Part shown: positions 28,283 to 40,557 of the stretch, piece after piece
How the letters are laid out: each line of letters opens with the position of its first letter
How positions within the stretch are numbered: the first letter of the stretch is position 1
Origin: Mytilus trossulus
Lineage: Eukaryota
Direction of reading: 5' to 3'
Assembly: GCF_036588685.1 (NCBI RefSeq)
Contig: NC_086386.1
Span: 64,914,001-64,978,000, forward strand
DNA length: 64,000 bases
The notes under the pieces: model-generated
Told to the model about the DNA's origin: nothing
What the model saw: only the letters and a program-made list of their open reading frames with translations
Databases searched by the model: none
Made by a program: the position numbers and the translations under genes

Positions 28283-30313
28283 TTTTATTAATGTTTTGAC
28301 ATGGCTAATATTACACTTACATCAGAGAGACATGCTTAGTTTTGGTTAGAAATTCTCAGGGGATAATTGAGATACAATACCATGAAAAAAATCTATTGCA
28401 TAATCTATGAGAAAACTATGTTATTTATTGTTTGCAGTCTTCCTCAGGTATTGTCACTCAGGTATTGTCGATCATATTTGAATTTATATTCATAATTATA
28501 TTTCACCTTTTGATAAAGATTATGTTGGCAATTATTATTGTGGAGGAGTTTTGTTTGTTTAATTTGAACTTTATTCAGTTCCAAAACCCTGGTTTAGTTT
28601 TGTATTGAGGAACAATAGTGTAGCTTTAAAGGGGATAACCCTCTTTTGTTCTGCAGCTTTATTTTTTTATTGATTAACAGTGTGAGATTATCTTATTGGT
28701 TAATGATCTCCGATTTATGTCAAGATGTTTGTATGTATTCCTCTTCCTTATAAGACCTTGTAAACATACAGGTGAATTAGGAGGTAAAAACCACCATTGA
28801 TTTACGTCTTACAATTCAGTACTGACTGCCTGTCGTATGTTTACTTATAATTTGTAATATGAGGACTGTTTAAAAGTTTTCTCTGAAAGAACTATATATA
28901 CTGAAATTTAGATTAATATTAAATAAAGGGTTCTTTTTTTGTTAACCTGAATATTGTAATTGGAAGTCTTATATGATAGAATCATTCTCATAAGTTCTTC
29001 CTGTCAATCAAGTTCCAAAATTTAATGGTTAGTAGCCTGTACTTTTTCCCACATTTAGTTTTAAACCCCTACATGACCCTTGTTCTGTAGTTTATATTGA
29101 TTTGAACCTTGATGTTTCTTCTGAAATCATATTGTAACTTGCAATAATTGTATGTGGAAAGAAGACTTAATTTATATAACTGCTAAATAGATTACCTCCC
29201 CTTCTGTTTTGCTTTATTTGATTGTTACTGAAGACTTTTACCAAATATTTCCTCCCCTATGTTTCTTTGATAGAGAAAAGGGGTTTATTCATCTAGTTAA
29301 TCATTATATTTTTTAACCATGTCAAATGTTGGCTTTTGAGTTTTGAAAGTTTATCATCAGCTTTTGAAAGACTAGACTTTAATTATATGAAGTTGTTCTG
29401 CATGTTGAACACTGTGATAATGGAAATGAAGGAACGGCATTTTATAGCTTTGGACTTTGTTATTGATTCATTGTAACATTATGAAGCCAGATTTTCTGAT
29501 AGTTCTATGGCAATGAATTTATTACAGAATTGACTTAATTGGTGATTTTAACTTTTACAGGAATTTTAAACCAATGTAGAAGTAAATTTACACTCAGTAC
29601 GGCACTATGTATTGATGATTCGTAATCGAGAAGTATATTTTCCATTTTTGGTCATAATTCTGTATGATGTGGGTGTCAATCAGTGGTTGAAGAGTCGCAG
29701 GATTGTGCCAATGAATCTTTATATTTTTTCCTACACTTATTTTAATTATATAATCCCTAATACTACTTTCAATTTTCAAGGTTAAACTCGTTTATTCATT
29801 TAAGTATTGAATTGTCTGATTGATAGTAAATGTGATAATTATTTGAAAGGCATTTAAGTAGGTGTTGATCAGTGCTTTTGAACAGTTTCTTGATAAAGAA
29901 GAAATTCAGGAATTTATTCCAAATCAAAAGTGCCAGAAGTTATATTTAATACTATTAGTTAACTAATAGTTAAACAATTTTCTCAGAAAAATTTAAAATA
30001 TCGCCTCAAATATATATTACTTTAATTCGGTGTAGTTAGAAAGCTTTTCAGAAAATTTGATTTACAGAAAATGGTTAAAATTACATAAAATCAAATCAAA
30101 TTAATGCAGTAGTGGTTCAAATAAAAATGTGCACTGATCTTTTATGTAATTAGATCACATTTGTAGTAGATTTTATTTCTTTTCAGTGCATGTTTGGGAA
30201 TTTAAAAAGATTAAAATTCTTTTAATTTATAAGTTTCCTGTATTTGAATGCTTAGACATATTTTGTGATTTAGTTATTGAGTTGTGTATGCAGAGAAGTA
30301 TAATGTTCTATTT

Positions 30314-31850
30314 CAGTGCCTGAAATGAGGGCCAGCCAAAGGCTGGCCCGAAAAATTTTTTTTGGGCAAGTAAAATTTCAGGATTACTGGCCCAAATGAT
30401 ATAGTGCCAGCCCAAATATTTTTGACAAATTTTATAGTAAAAACTAAAGAAAAACACAAAGAGTACTTGTTTGGTGCTTCGTGTGAATCTGTACACTAAG
30501 TACAGGTCATTGACTCAGCAGATACCTGCAGCCAAGGTCTGCATGTCTTCCAAGGGCAAAACTCTTGAAAATGTCTTTTTCCTCTATTTTGTTCATACAT
30601 GTATCTTTCAAGAAAAATGCAAAGAAATTGTAAGACTACTTACCTCTGATCAGGAAAAGAAGCCTTAGAAAATTCATTTTTTTTTTTATATATATAACTT
30701 AATTATACAAGTCTATAAGAATAACCAAGTAGTTCTGAAAGATGAGCTATATGACATATAGTATTCATGTTATTAAAAGTTACCTTACTTATAATCATTC
30801 AAATTGTTACAAAAAAAGTATTAAGAAGTGCACACCAAAGTGCTCCTTAGTAGGGAGTTTTATAAATATAACAGGTGATACAAGAGATTACCATATTATA
30901 TTGATGCAACAATACATTGCATATGTTATAGAAGGTATAAACAGTTATTTTTTTCTCCATTATGGTTAAAAAATAAAAGCATTTGATAAGTGCTCCTATG
31001 TAAGGAGGATTATTAATACAAGAAATAGAACAGGAAGTGGTGTAATCTTGTTATGATCAAATACAAATTTCTTTGGTTCTTCTTTAAATTCCATACTCAT
31101 GGTTATAAAACAAAACTTTTTACTTGTTTCCTAATTTAGTCAAACTATGTATGCCTTTTAAATTGTTTAAAATTTTATTTTTAATATATTTTTTGTTTAT
31201 TTGAATTTGAATTTGAATTTGCTATGATACGTAAACACATGCATTATCTTTTGAAAAGTAAGAGCGGGGGCCATTATTTTGCACAAAGGACAGGCGGGAT
31301 CGCTGGCTTCTACTATTCTCTTCCACTTCTTTTCAAAAACGGCCAGCAGATTTTCAACTCGGTCATATTTATTTTAGTTGTGCCGTATTACGACCTCGGC
31401 TATATTTCCTAACTTCGTTATCATTAGTCGAGTATTTTCACTTTGACCAATCAGTACGTCCGTTACAAATACGTTTCGGTAAAGTTTCAGACAACTCGAC
31501 CTTGAACAACACGGACCAGATTATAGGACGATAGCAAGCCAAGTAATCATAATTTACTGTCCAGGACCGAGTTTCCGATGGGCCGAGTTGTCACAAATGT
31601 CTAGTTAATCAAGAGTTGTCTTCCATTGTTTTTTTACGGGAGAGCAGCTCAGGAAAACCTTCAATTCTTTACATGATTAAATATTTTGTTTTTTTAAATT
31701 ACGATAATTTGAATTTTAGCAGAATTGTAGGGCAGTCGCCCAGACGTTTTATTTTGGGCCAGTAATTACTTGTCTTTTGAGAACTTCTGATCGCCCTGAC
31801 ATAAAAGTGGTCGCCTGAGGCGAGTGGGCGACCGGCCATTTCAGGCACTG
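30314..31850. mobile_element. Non-autonomous DNA transposon with hAT-like CAG termini, probably composite
   Basis: Perfect 14-bp TIR cagtgcctgaaatg / catttcaggcactg and GC-rich subterminal repeats. Only tattt is shared by the flanks, so there is no clean 8-bp TSD. Confidence 0.65.
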
Positions 31851-32049
31851 TATTTATTCTGTTTGTCATGCATCAGAGGAGATAGGTGCATACAAGTCTT
31901 TGATGGTAGATCATATAACTGATAAATACAGTAATGTAAATTTAGGTCTTCATTGTAGGACAAATAAGTGCTAATTTCTCAAATTAAGTTTCAGTTTTTC
32001 CCCCCATTTCTAATGTCCATTAACACCTGAAAGAATAACCTTTTATAAA

Positions 32050-32210
32050 AATAAGAAGATGTGGTATGAATGCCAACTGAATTACCCACCACCAGAGACC
32101 TAATGACGTAGAAGTTATTGACTATAGGTCATTAACAATTGAGAAAAACACATACCACGTGCACATAGTCAGCTATAAAAGGCCCTGAAATGACAACTCA
32201 AACACTTCCA
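32050..32210 (+). repeat. Dispersed repeat fragment (related pieces at ~19575-19630 minus, ~40260-40345 minus, ~52710-52740 plus)
   Basis: Shared motif aagaagatgtggtatga.tgccaa and its reverse complement. Confidence 0.6.
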
Positions 32211-35200
32211 ATAAAATGCATAAAAAATTATGTCCAGATAAACAATGGTCAGAACAAACACTTTACCCAACCCTGCTGATGTCCCCTTTATTAATTGTTG
32301 CTTATGATAAAGCTGTTTTTGTGCAGAATAGTCAATTTCCTTGATAAGATAAACATGAACCAACCACCATCATGAAGGCCAGCTGGATTGGATTGTATAG
32401 TACAGTCAATTGTTGTTTTGCTAATTTTCAAATTATTCTGTGCTTTAAGTGGGTTAAATAAAAGAAGAAGAGAATCCTATTTTGAAAATAATGCCTCTGT
32501 GGGTGGTATTACAGTAAATTTCTCACGTTCATTCCATTGGTTGTCTGTTTCAATAATAGTAAACAAAAGTCTGTGATGATTTGTAAACAAAACTTGTAGA
32601 GAAAGTGTAAAGAAGATGTTTATCCTAATAGAATACAGGTAAAGATAGACAGATTAAAATTTAAAATTCTTAATGTACTTGGTTACACTATAACTTACCA
32701 TGATCTCAGTCAATAGGATAAAGGATCAGTGTAGAAACGTATAATAGACCAGGTATTGGAATATCAAATTTATACAGTTAAATGATAGATTGTACAAAAT
32801 AATTATCAATATTCAGATTATAAAAGACTTGACTTTGTCCAATACAAAATAAAAGGTAGTGCTTAATCCAAAGTTAAAGTTCTGTACAATTTACAAAATG
32901 TAGGTTAATAAGTTGTATTGTATGGATAATTGTTTGTATCAAGTTGTATGTACATTGCCTAAACTATTGTGACAGTTGATTGAAAACAAGTTTTAGGACA
33001 GGATGCACTTGCCATCAATGTTTATGGTATATATTGTTCTTTGTATTGAAGTTATATGGTTATCTTGTTGTATTTTAACTTTGACCTGACTTGTGGACCT
33101 GCTTTTGTTTTCTATTGTATGGATAATTGTTTGTTCAAGGCTTACTAAAAATCCAGCTTCAAATATTACATAATATGATATTTATAAATAGACATAAACA
33201 CAGAGTTGAATTTTTAACTTGCTTCTTCATAAATTAACAGTTTGCAATAAAACATATCACCCTTTCTCAACACATTATTTTGTTCCCAAGCTAAAAAAAG
33301 AACAACTAAATAGTATGATTTTCATGCTTTTGGCGTACTCATTGCTCTGAGCAGTTGAAACTTTATTGGGGGCTAACAATCCTAAAATGGTATCCTAGGT
33401 GTTTGTAGATAAGCAGCATATACAATATTTAAGTATCAAGTGATACCTTCCATACTTGAGTGTACATTAGACCACCCAGACAATTGTTTTATCATTGGAA
33501 TAAGCAAAACATAGGTTAGGAAAGGAGGGTGAATGCCTGTAATTTCTGTAATTAATACTAATTTAATTGGGAATTGCCAAAACACTGTGAACATAAATGA
33601 TCTTATGCATAGAGCTTTTGGGACAATATCTGTTAACAATTTTTTTAATGTCATAGATGCTGTACTTAATCTAGCATAGGATAAAGGTCGTTGACCACTA
33701 TAGGTATTTTTACTCTAACTGCTGTTAGAGGTCATTGTCTTGAGCATTCAGTGATGTTTTCTGTTACTATGAGCAAATCTTTGAAACATTTGAAATTTAA
33801 AATGTCAGCTCCTGGTGGCATTCAGAAATACTAGACCGTTGACATTTTCCATTTTTTAAAGGTATCAAGTATTTTAGTAGGATGAGAAAAAGTAATTATT
33901 AAGTTCTGTTTTAGAATTTGATATGAGAAATGTGCCATATGTTACAATGCTATTCTAATTCAGTCTATTAGGTGTATTGATTTTATAATACCAATAATGA
34001 TCTTACCACCTTTAAATCTCAGGTGTGATATATTGTTCTTTATCTCCACTTTATTACAATTATTATACCAACAACTGGTTTGTATCAGTCTAGCCTCTTG
34101 TTGTGTGTGAGGTACAATTGTGACCTGGTGAAATCCAAGACTTATAATTAGGTATAGCTGCTTGACAGCTAAGCATGCAGCATTTAGTCTTTTGAAAAGG
34201 CTGACAAATCTGTTGCCAGACTTATAAAGTATCATATATCATGTTATACATCAGATTAAAGGTTGTTGGACCAGTACAATTGTCTTATGTGATATTGGCT
34301 GTTGAACCCATCAATCAGTGAACCAATAGAATCGTGTATATAAACTTTTTGATACCTTAAGTTTGTAGTAGTCAATAGGATGTGTTGATAAGGCATAAAA
34401 CATTTATTATCTGCCTGTAACTTTAATAAATACATCTACATGTCAAGGATCTTAATGATATCTTAAATGTATTCGTAAATTAGCTGAGCATGCTTGTTTT
34501 TGGTGTTGCATAATCTCTCTAATGTATGCAGATGTTGGTTTTTTCTTCACAGGTGTTTTTATTTATGTTACATGAAGTTGTTTTGTATTTGTGGTGAATT
34601 CAGAACATAATTTATGTAATGGATGGTTGCATTTTCTAGGCTTCATCTACATGTATTTTGAAAAATTGACCAATGTGTTTAAAAAGGAACACATTTTACA
34701 TAATTTTACTACTAAAGAGAGCTAATTTGAACAGTATGTGGCAACACTGAGTGAAGGTCTGTAAGATATTTGTATGTCTGAAATGATCTGGTATAATATT
34801 TGTGAAACCCATATACAGTGTTGCAATGAATCAGAACTTAGTTTATTAAAATATTAAGTTATGGCTAATACGGTCAGACTGACACATTAATAAGAGGAAT
34901 ACTACTTGATATTTTCAGAAGAAAAAATGGCTCAGTTTGAATAAAATATAATGCATTATAGATGCCTCCTTCTAGTGGTTTTGGTGTCTGAGTGGTCTAA
35001 ATAGTCAAACCACTGTATCTGAACACTGAGGTTTAGAGGTCAAATCCAGCACTTGACTCCAATCTTAATTATCTAGTATTTTCAGTTTTCTAACCAAAAG
35101 TTGGTGGTTCCCTCTGTACACTCTAGATTCTATAAAAAGCTATCCCTATGAAAGTGCACAGTTGAGTCGATAGTGTTGTTAAACACAATCAATAAATCTA

Positions 35201-35273
35201 GCAAATTTCTTTGAAATAATTATTTGGCTACTTCTACCACAGTGTCCTTTGTTGTTTTTCTGTTTTGAATATG

Positions 35274-35722
35274 AGACAGACATGGTATTATAGATCACCA
35301 GAGCTCTTTGACAGTTCAAGCAGTGAATCAGTAATGATTCAGACATATTATTGTGAACCACCAGATCCCTTTGACAGTTCAAGTAGTGAATCAGTAATGA
35401 TTCAGACATATTATTGTGAACCACCAGAGCCCTTTGACAGTTCAACAGTGAACCAGTAATGATTCAGGCATATTAAAGTGGATCACCAGAGCCCTTTGAC
35501 AGTTCAAGCAGTGAATCAGTAATTATTCAGACATATTGTGAACCACAAGAGCCCTTTGACAGTTCAAGTAGTGAATCAGTAATGATTCAGATATATTAAT
35601 TATTGTGAACCACCAGAGCCCTTTGACAGTTCAACAGTGAACCAGTAATGATTCAGACATATTACTGTGAACCACCAGAGCCCTTTGACAGATCAACAGT
35701 GAACCAGTAATGATTCGACATA
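35274..35722 (+). repeat. 63-bp minisatellite, ~7 copies, homologous to the start of the adjacent exon
   Basis: caccagagccctttgacagttcaagcagtgaatcagtaatgattcagac recurs at 35296, 35359, 35422 and onward. Confidence 0.9.
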
Positions 35723-35761
35723 GTGGATCAACATGTTTAAAGTTTTCCTTTTGTTTTGCAG

Positions 35762-35930
35762 GTCACCGATGTCCTCTGATAGTTCTAGCAGTGAATCGGG
35801 GAATGATTCAGATAGCAGTTCTGATGACAGTAATTCATCTTCGAATTCAGATGATGATGAGGAAGAGGAAAAGGTTCAAGTGAGGGTGGACAGGGTCAAA
35901 TCTCCATCAAAATCTCCTGCACATGACAAG
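35762..35930 (+). CDS. AFF4: AFF Ser/Asp-rich exon SPMSSDSSSSESG...KSPAHDK, phase 2/0
   Basis: Acceptor ttttgcag, donor gtaaga. Poly-Ser tract typical of AFF proteins. Confidence 0.92.
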
Positions 35931-36315
35931 GTAAGATAGATAAGATAAGTAGTATATGTCATAAACCAACACTTTATATGGTTTTAACTTTTGATTATAG
36001 AAAAATGCAACTTCGTTGTTAATCGAAACACTGAAGTTAAAAATCCAAGATTTAATATCAAACAAACTAAGCCAACATGCACTTGTTTTTGTTCACACAT
36101 TTCAAAAGCTTTGAAAGGATAGTTATAGGCTGTACAGTTGCCTATAATAAGTATTCCTAGTGTAAAACCATTCAAACGGGAAAACCAACGGTCTAATCTG
36201 TATAAAAAACAAGAAATATGTATAATGCACAGTTTTGAAACCAATTTGTTGATTCTGTCACATTTATTTAAGAACCTTTAAAAGTGTGTAAAAGTTATGT
36301 CTTATTACATTTCAG

Positions 36316-37526
36316 TCTTCAAACTCTACATCATGGAAGTTAGAGAACTTTCTCCCTGGTGACAAATGTCCAAAGCCATCTCCCATTGTATCTGACCATA
36401 GCGATGACAATAAAGAACTGCTTGATAAAATCTGCCTAGAATTCATCCACAAAAGTCCAACAAACAGTATTGAAAAATCACCAAACCAGCAGCTTCATTC
36501 TGACACTAGTAGTAGTAGTAGTGGCAGCAGTCCACAATCTATTCACTCACCGGCAGAGTCCTCACCATCAAAATCACCATTGGTGAATGGGATAGCGCCT
36601 ACCAAAAAGATAAGTTTACATAGTGACAATAGTGATAGTGAAATTGATGTTGTGAATACACCGCAGAAAAAAGTGTCTTTAATGCCACAAAGTGACAGTG
36701 GTGTTGCTAAGTGCTTAAATTTTGCTGATCCCAACAAACAGACATCAGGGAGATTATCTTCACCACACAAACCAACATTAGGGAGATTAATGTCACCCAA
36801 AAAACCAACATTAGGGAGACAATCGTCCCCCAACAAACCAATATCAGGGAGATTATCATCCAAGAGATTGAGTTCAGGGTCTGGAAGTATTATTGGACCT
36901 GTGAGTAGTGATGACGAGGATGAGAATGATGGACCTCGTAATAATAATAATATGGAATTAAATTTACAAGACATCATCGATTCTGTCGGTACCAAACATA
37001 CTCCCTTATCACCAATACATCAGGAACCTGAGAAAGTTCCCCCCAAATCTCCATGTTTAAAGACAACAGTGAATAAAGACGCTTTGAAATTCAATGATGG
37101 AAAACCTTCAATAGTGGTCCGTCTTAATTTTAAAAATGTTGAACACTTGATAAAGAACAGAATAAAAAAGTCACCATATCGGGATAAAGTAGGAATTAAG
37201 TGTGAGGAATTGAAGCAAAAATCACCATATCCTATCATCAAATCACCAGATCATAAGCATGATAAGTTTATTGACGAAACTGCCAATACTGAACCCCAGG
37301 AAATGGATTTAGATACAGACTCAGAAATGGCCAATGTCCATATTGAGGATTATAGTTCTAAAAATGTGTCTTCTTATTCTTCTTCACCTCATAATGATAA
37401 GTGTTGGAAACCTAGTGACAAAATTAGCATTAAACGCAAAGAAAATGCACCGGAAAAAGTGTTCACAAAAAGACGAAAAATCACGCCGAAGACAAATAAT
37501 AAATCAACAGAAACTGCTCAACAAGA
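36316..37526 (+). CDS. AFF4: AFF large exon (1211 nt) SSNSTSWKLENFL...KSTETAQQ, phase 0/2
   Basis: Acceptor catttcag, donor gtaagt at 37527. Includes ORF 36580-37530. WKLENFL resembles WQLDNWL; IVVRLNFKNV (37111-37140) resembles the AF9/ENL-binding LIVKIDLNLL; basic NLS-like KRKE..KRRK. Confidence 0.93.
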
Positions 37527-37730
37527 GTAAGTGTTTAATTTTATTTGTGTGTTGCTCAACAAGAGTAAGTGTTTACCTTTTGTCTTTTGCTCAACAATAG
37601 TAAGTGTTTGATTTATTTGTGTATTTTGGATTTTACGATGTATTCGTATGGATTATTTTAAAGCTAATGATATCAATTGGTATGTATACGTTAGTTTGAG
37701 TAGGTAAGTATACATTGGTAATATCACTGC

Positions 37731-37853
37731 TGAATTTAAAGATTCAGAAAAAATTGACAACAAGTGATGAATTTAAAGATTCAGAAAAAAATTGACAACA
37801 AGTGATGAATTTAAAGATTCAGAAAAAAATTGACAACAAGTGATGAATTGAAA
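37731..37853. repeat. 37-38-bp tandem repeat, 3 copies
   Basis: Unit tgaatttaaagattcagaaaaaa(a)ttgacaacaagtga. Confidence 0.9.
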
Positions 37854-38488
37854 GAGATATATATTCAACAATTTTCCTGACAATTTCACCCAAAAAAATC
37901 TTTAAAAAATGAGAAATGAATCATGTAATAGAAGAAGTGTTAAAAGCTAGATGTTTCAAAATATCACACAGATTTTGAATGCAAAAAGAAGTACCATTTT
38001 CTGTTCATTTTAGAAATTTGTTTTTTTTCTTTTCACCAAAGTGTTCAAATAAGTTGAGACCACATACAAAAAAACATTTGAGATAGATATTTCAGGGACT
38101 TTCAGAACACCTAACAAACAGAAACATTTAGCAACTTTCAGAACACCTCTCTAACAACCTCTGTTATACTGATCTTTCAAAGCATACAACAAAAAACAGG
38201 TAGTTTAAGATAATGAGCAGTTGTCAACTTTGAAGTTGGTGGCTCTGGCTGATCAGGACAGTTCAGACAAAATATTCGTTTTTTTTTGTAAACCTGATTT
38301 ATGGAGTTCTCAAGAATTTCCAGAAAAAATACAAAATGGGTCTAAAAGCTCTCAAAATGCAGGATTTTGTAACAATATTAGATTGTTGATAAACATCTCT
38401 GAAATAATTTTACAGTAAATTAACTCATTTATGTTAACACTGTTAGGTTGATAACGTTTGTCCAGAAATTCCATGATTCTATTTTCAG

Positions 38489-38612
38489 GAAAGACAGCCA
38501 TGAAGATGACCATAAATGGGACAGAAAACGGCCCCTGCGGTCGACAGAGAGTAAAGGTCCTCTTAGCAATAGTAGTAGTTCTAGTCATACAGATAAACCA
38601 GAGTTTGAATTG
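38489..38612 (+). CDS. AFF4: AFF exon KDSHEDDHKWDRKRPL...KPEFEL, phase 2/0
   Basis: Acceptor attttcag, donor gtaaat; phase-consistent. Confidence 0.85.
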
Positions 38613-38890
38613 GTAAATATACCCTGTCTTAATGTATAGCCCACATGTTGTCTTTTCCATCTGTCAATGGTGAGGTTGTCCTTTGTGGCAACCTCTTTCA
38701 ATATAAAACCAAGTACAAATATGTTTTCACCATTTTAGAAGAATGTGATATGAATTTTGAGTGAGCACGAGTTGGTGTTCAATGTTTTGGAGGAGGGAAA
38801 TGACCAAATCAATGGTTAATTGGTTCTTGCATGGATTGGATGTTTTCTGCCCCACCTGCTGTTTTTTTGCCAAAAATTTGTGAAACTACA

Positions 38891-40146
38891 TTTTTAGCTC
38901 ACCTGACCTGAAAGGTCAAGTGAGCTTTTCTCATCACTTGGCGTCCGTCTACCGTCGTCCGTAAACTTTTACAAAAATCTTCTCCTTTGAAACTACTGGG
39001 CCAAATTTTACCAAACTTGGCCACAATCATCCATGGGGTATCTAGTTTACAAAATGTGTCCGGTGACCTGGCCATCCAACCAAGATGGCCGCCATGGCTA
39101 AAAATAGAACACAGGGGTAAAATGTATATTTTGGCTTATATCTTTGAAACCAAAACATTTAGAGCAAATCTGACATGGGGTTAAATTGTTAATCAGGCTA
39201 AGATCTATCTGCCCTAGAATTTTCAGATGAATCGGACAACCCGTTGTTAGGTTGCTGCCCCTGAATTGGTTATTTTAAGGAAATTTTGCAGTTTTTGGTT
39301 ATTATCTTGAATACTATTATAGATAGAGATAAACTGTAAACAGCAATAATGTTCAGCAAAGTAAAACCTACAAATAAGTCAACATGACCAAAATTGTCAG
39401 TCAACCCCTTAAGGAGTTATTGCCCTTTTAAGTCAATTTTTAACAAATTTTCGTCAGTTTTTGTAACTTGTACAAAAATCTTCTTCTCTGAAACTACATG
39501 GCCAAATTAAACCAAACTTGGCGATAATAATCATTGTGGTATATAGTTTGAAAAATGTGTCCGATGACACCGCCTACCAAACAAAATGGCCGACATGGCT
39601 AAAATTAGAACATAGTGGTAAAGTGCAGTTTTTGATTTATATCTTTAAAACTAAGACATTTAGGGCGAATCTTTCAAGATTTAAATGTCCATCAGAATAA
39701 GATCTATCCCCTCGCAAATTTTCAGATGAATCTGACAACTCGTTATTGGGTTGCTGCCCTAAAATTGGTAATTTTAAGGAAATTTTGCAGTTTTTGGTTA
39801 TTATCTTGAATACTATTATAGATAGAGATAAACTGTAAACAGCAATTTTGTTCAGCAAAGTAGGATCTACAAATAAGTCAACATGATAAAAATTGTAAGA
39901 GTACCCCTTAAGGAGTTATTGCCCTTTATAGTCAATTTTGAACAAATTTTCATCATTTTTGTAACTTGTACAAAAAAATCTTCTTTTCTAAAACTATGGG
40001 CCATATTAAACTAAACGTGGCCACAATCATCACTATGGTATCTATTTAAAAAAAGTGTCTAATGACCCCACCTACCAACCAAGATGGCCGACATCAGTAA
40101 ATACAGTAACAGGTGAGCGACACAGGCTCTTGAGAGCCTCTAGTTT
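38891..40146 (+). mobile_element. Helentron-derived HINE/pearl-like element with a ~500-bp internal repeat (~2.3 copies)
   Basis: T-tract ends, subterminal inverted repeat gctcacctg / caggtgagc, 5' hairpin tgacctgaaaggtca, cgtccgtc microsatellite, 3' hairpin aggctcttgagagcct. Confidence 0.87.
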
Positions 40147-40368
40147 TTTAATTTTAAGGTCATTTTAAAAGTACCAATAAAATCTGTTAATCTTGCTGTA
40201 AATACAATATTAAATTTCTAAAGTACATTGTTTTAAAATAGATACCTAATAAACCATACTTTGACCTATAATGGTTTACTTCACAAATTATGGCTTGAAT
40301 GGATGGAGAGTTGCCTCATTGGCACTCATACCACATCTTCTTATATCTTTGAAATACATATTCAGTTA

Positions 40369-40557
40369 CTGTGGATTCATTTATTTTCGTGGGTATGAGT
40401 TTTTGTGGATTGCAGAAAACTTGCATATTTGTGGATATTCGATTTTGTGGTTTTTCAAATCTCTGTATACTTTAGCCTTAGTATTGAAAATATGTTATTT
40501 GAATTAGTGGTTCACTTGTATCCACGAAACCCACAAAAATTGGTATTGAATCCACAG
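40369..40557. mobile_element. Tc1/mariner-like MITE with TA TSD (a decayed relative lies at ~50071-50248)
   Basis: ta|ctgtggattca ... tgaatccacag|ta; perfect 11-bp TIR. Confidence 0.75.

Noticed and set aside
36543-37241. Minus-strand ORFs of 150 and 73 aa
   Set aside because: Antisense shadows of the large AFF exon.
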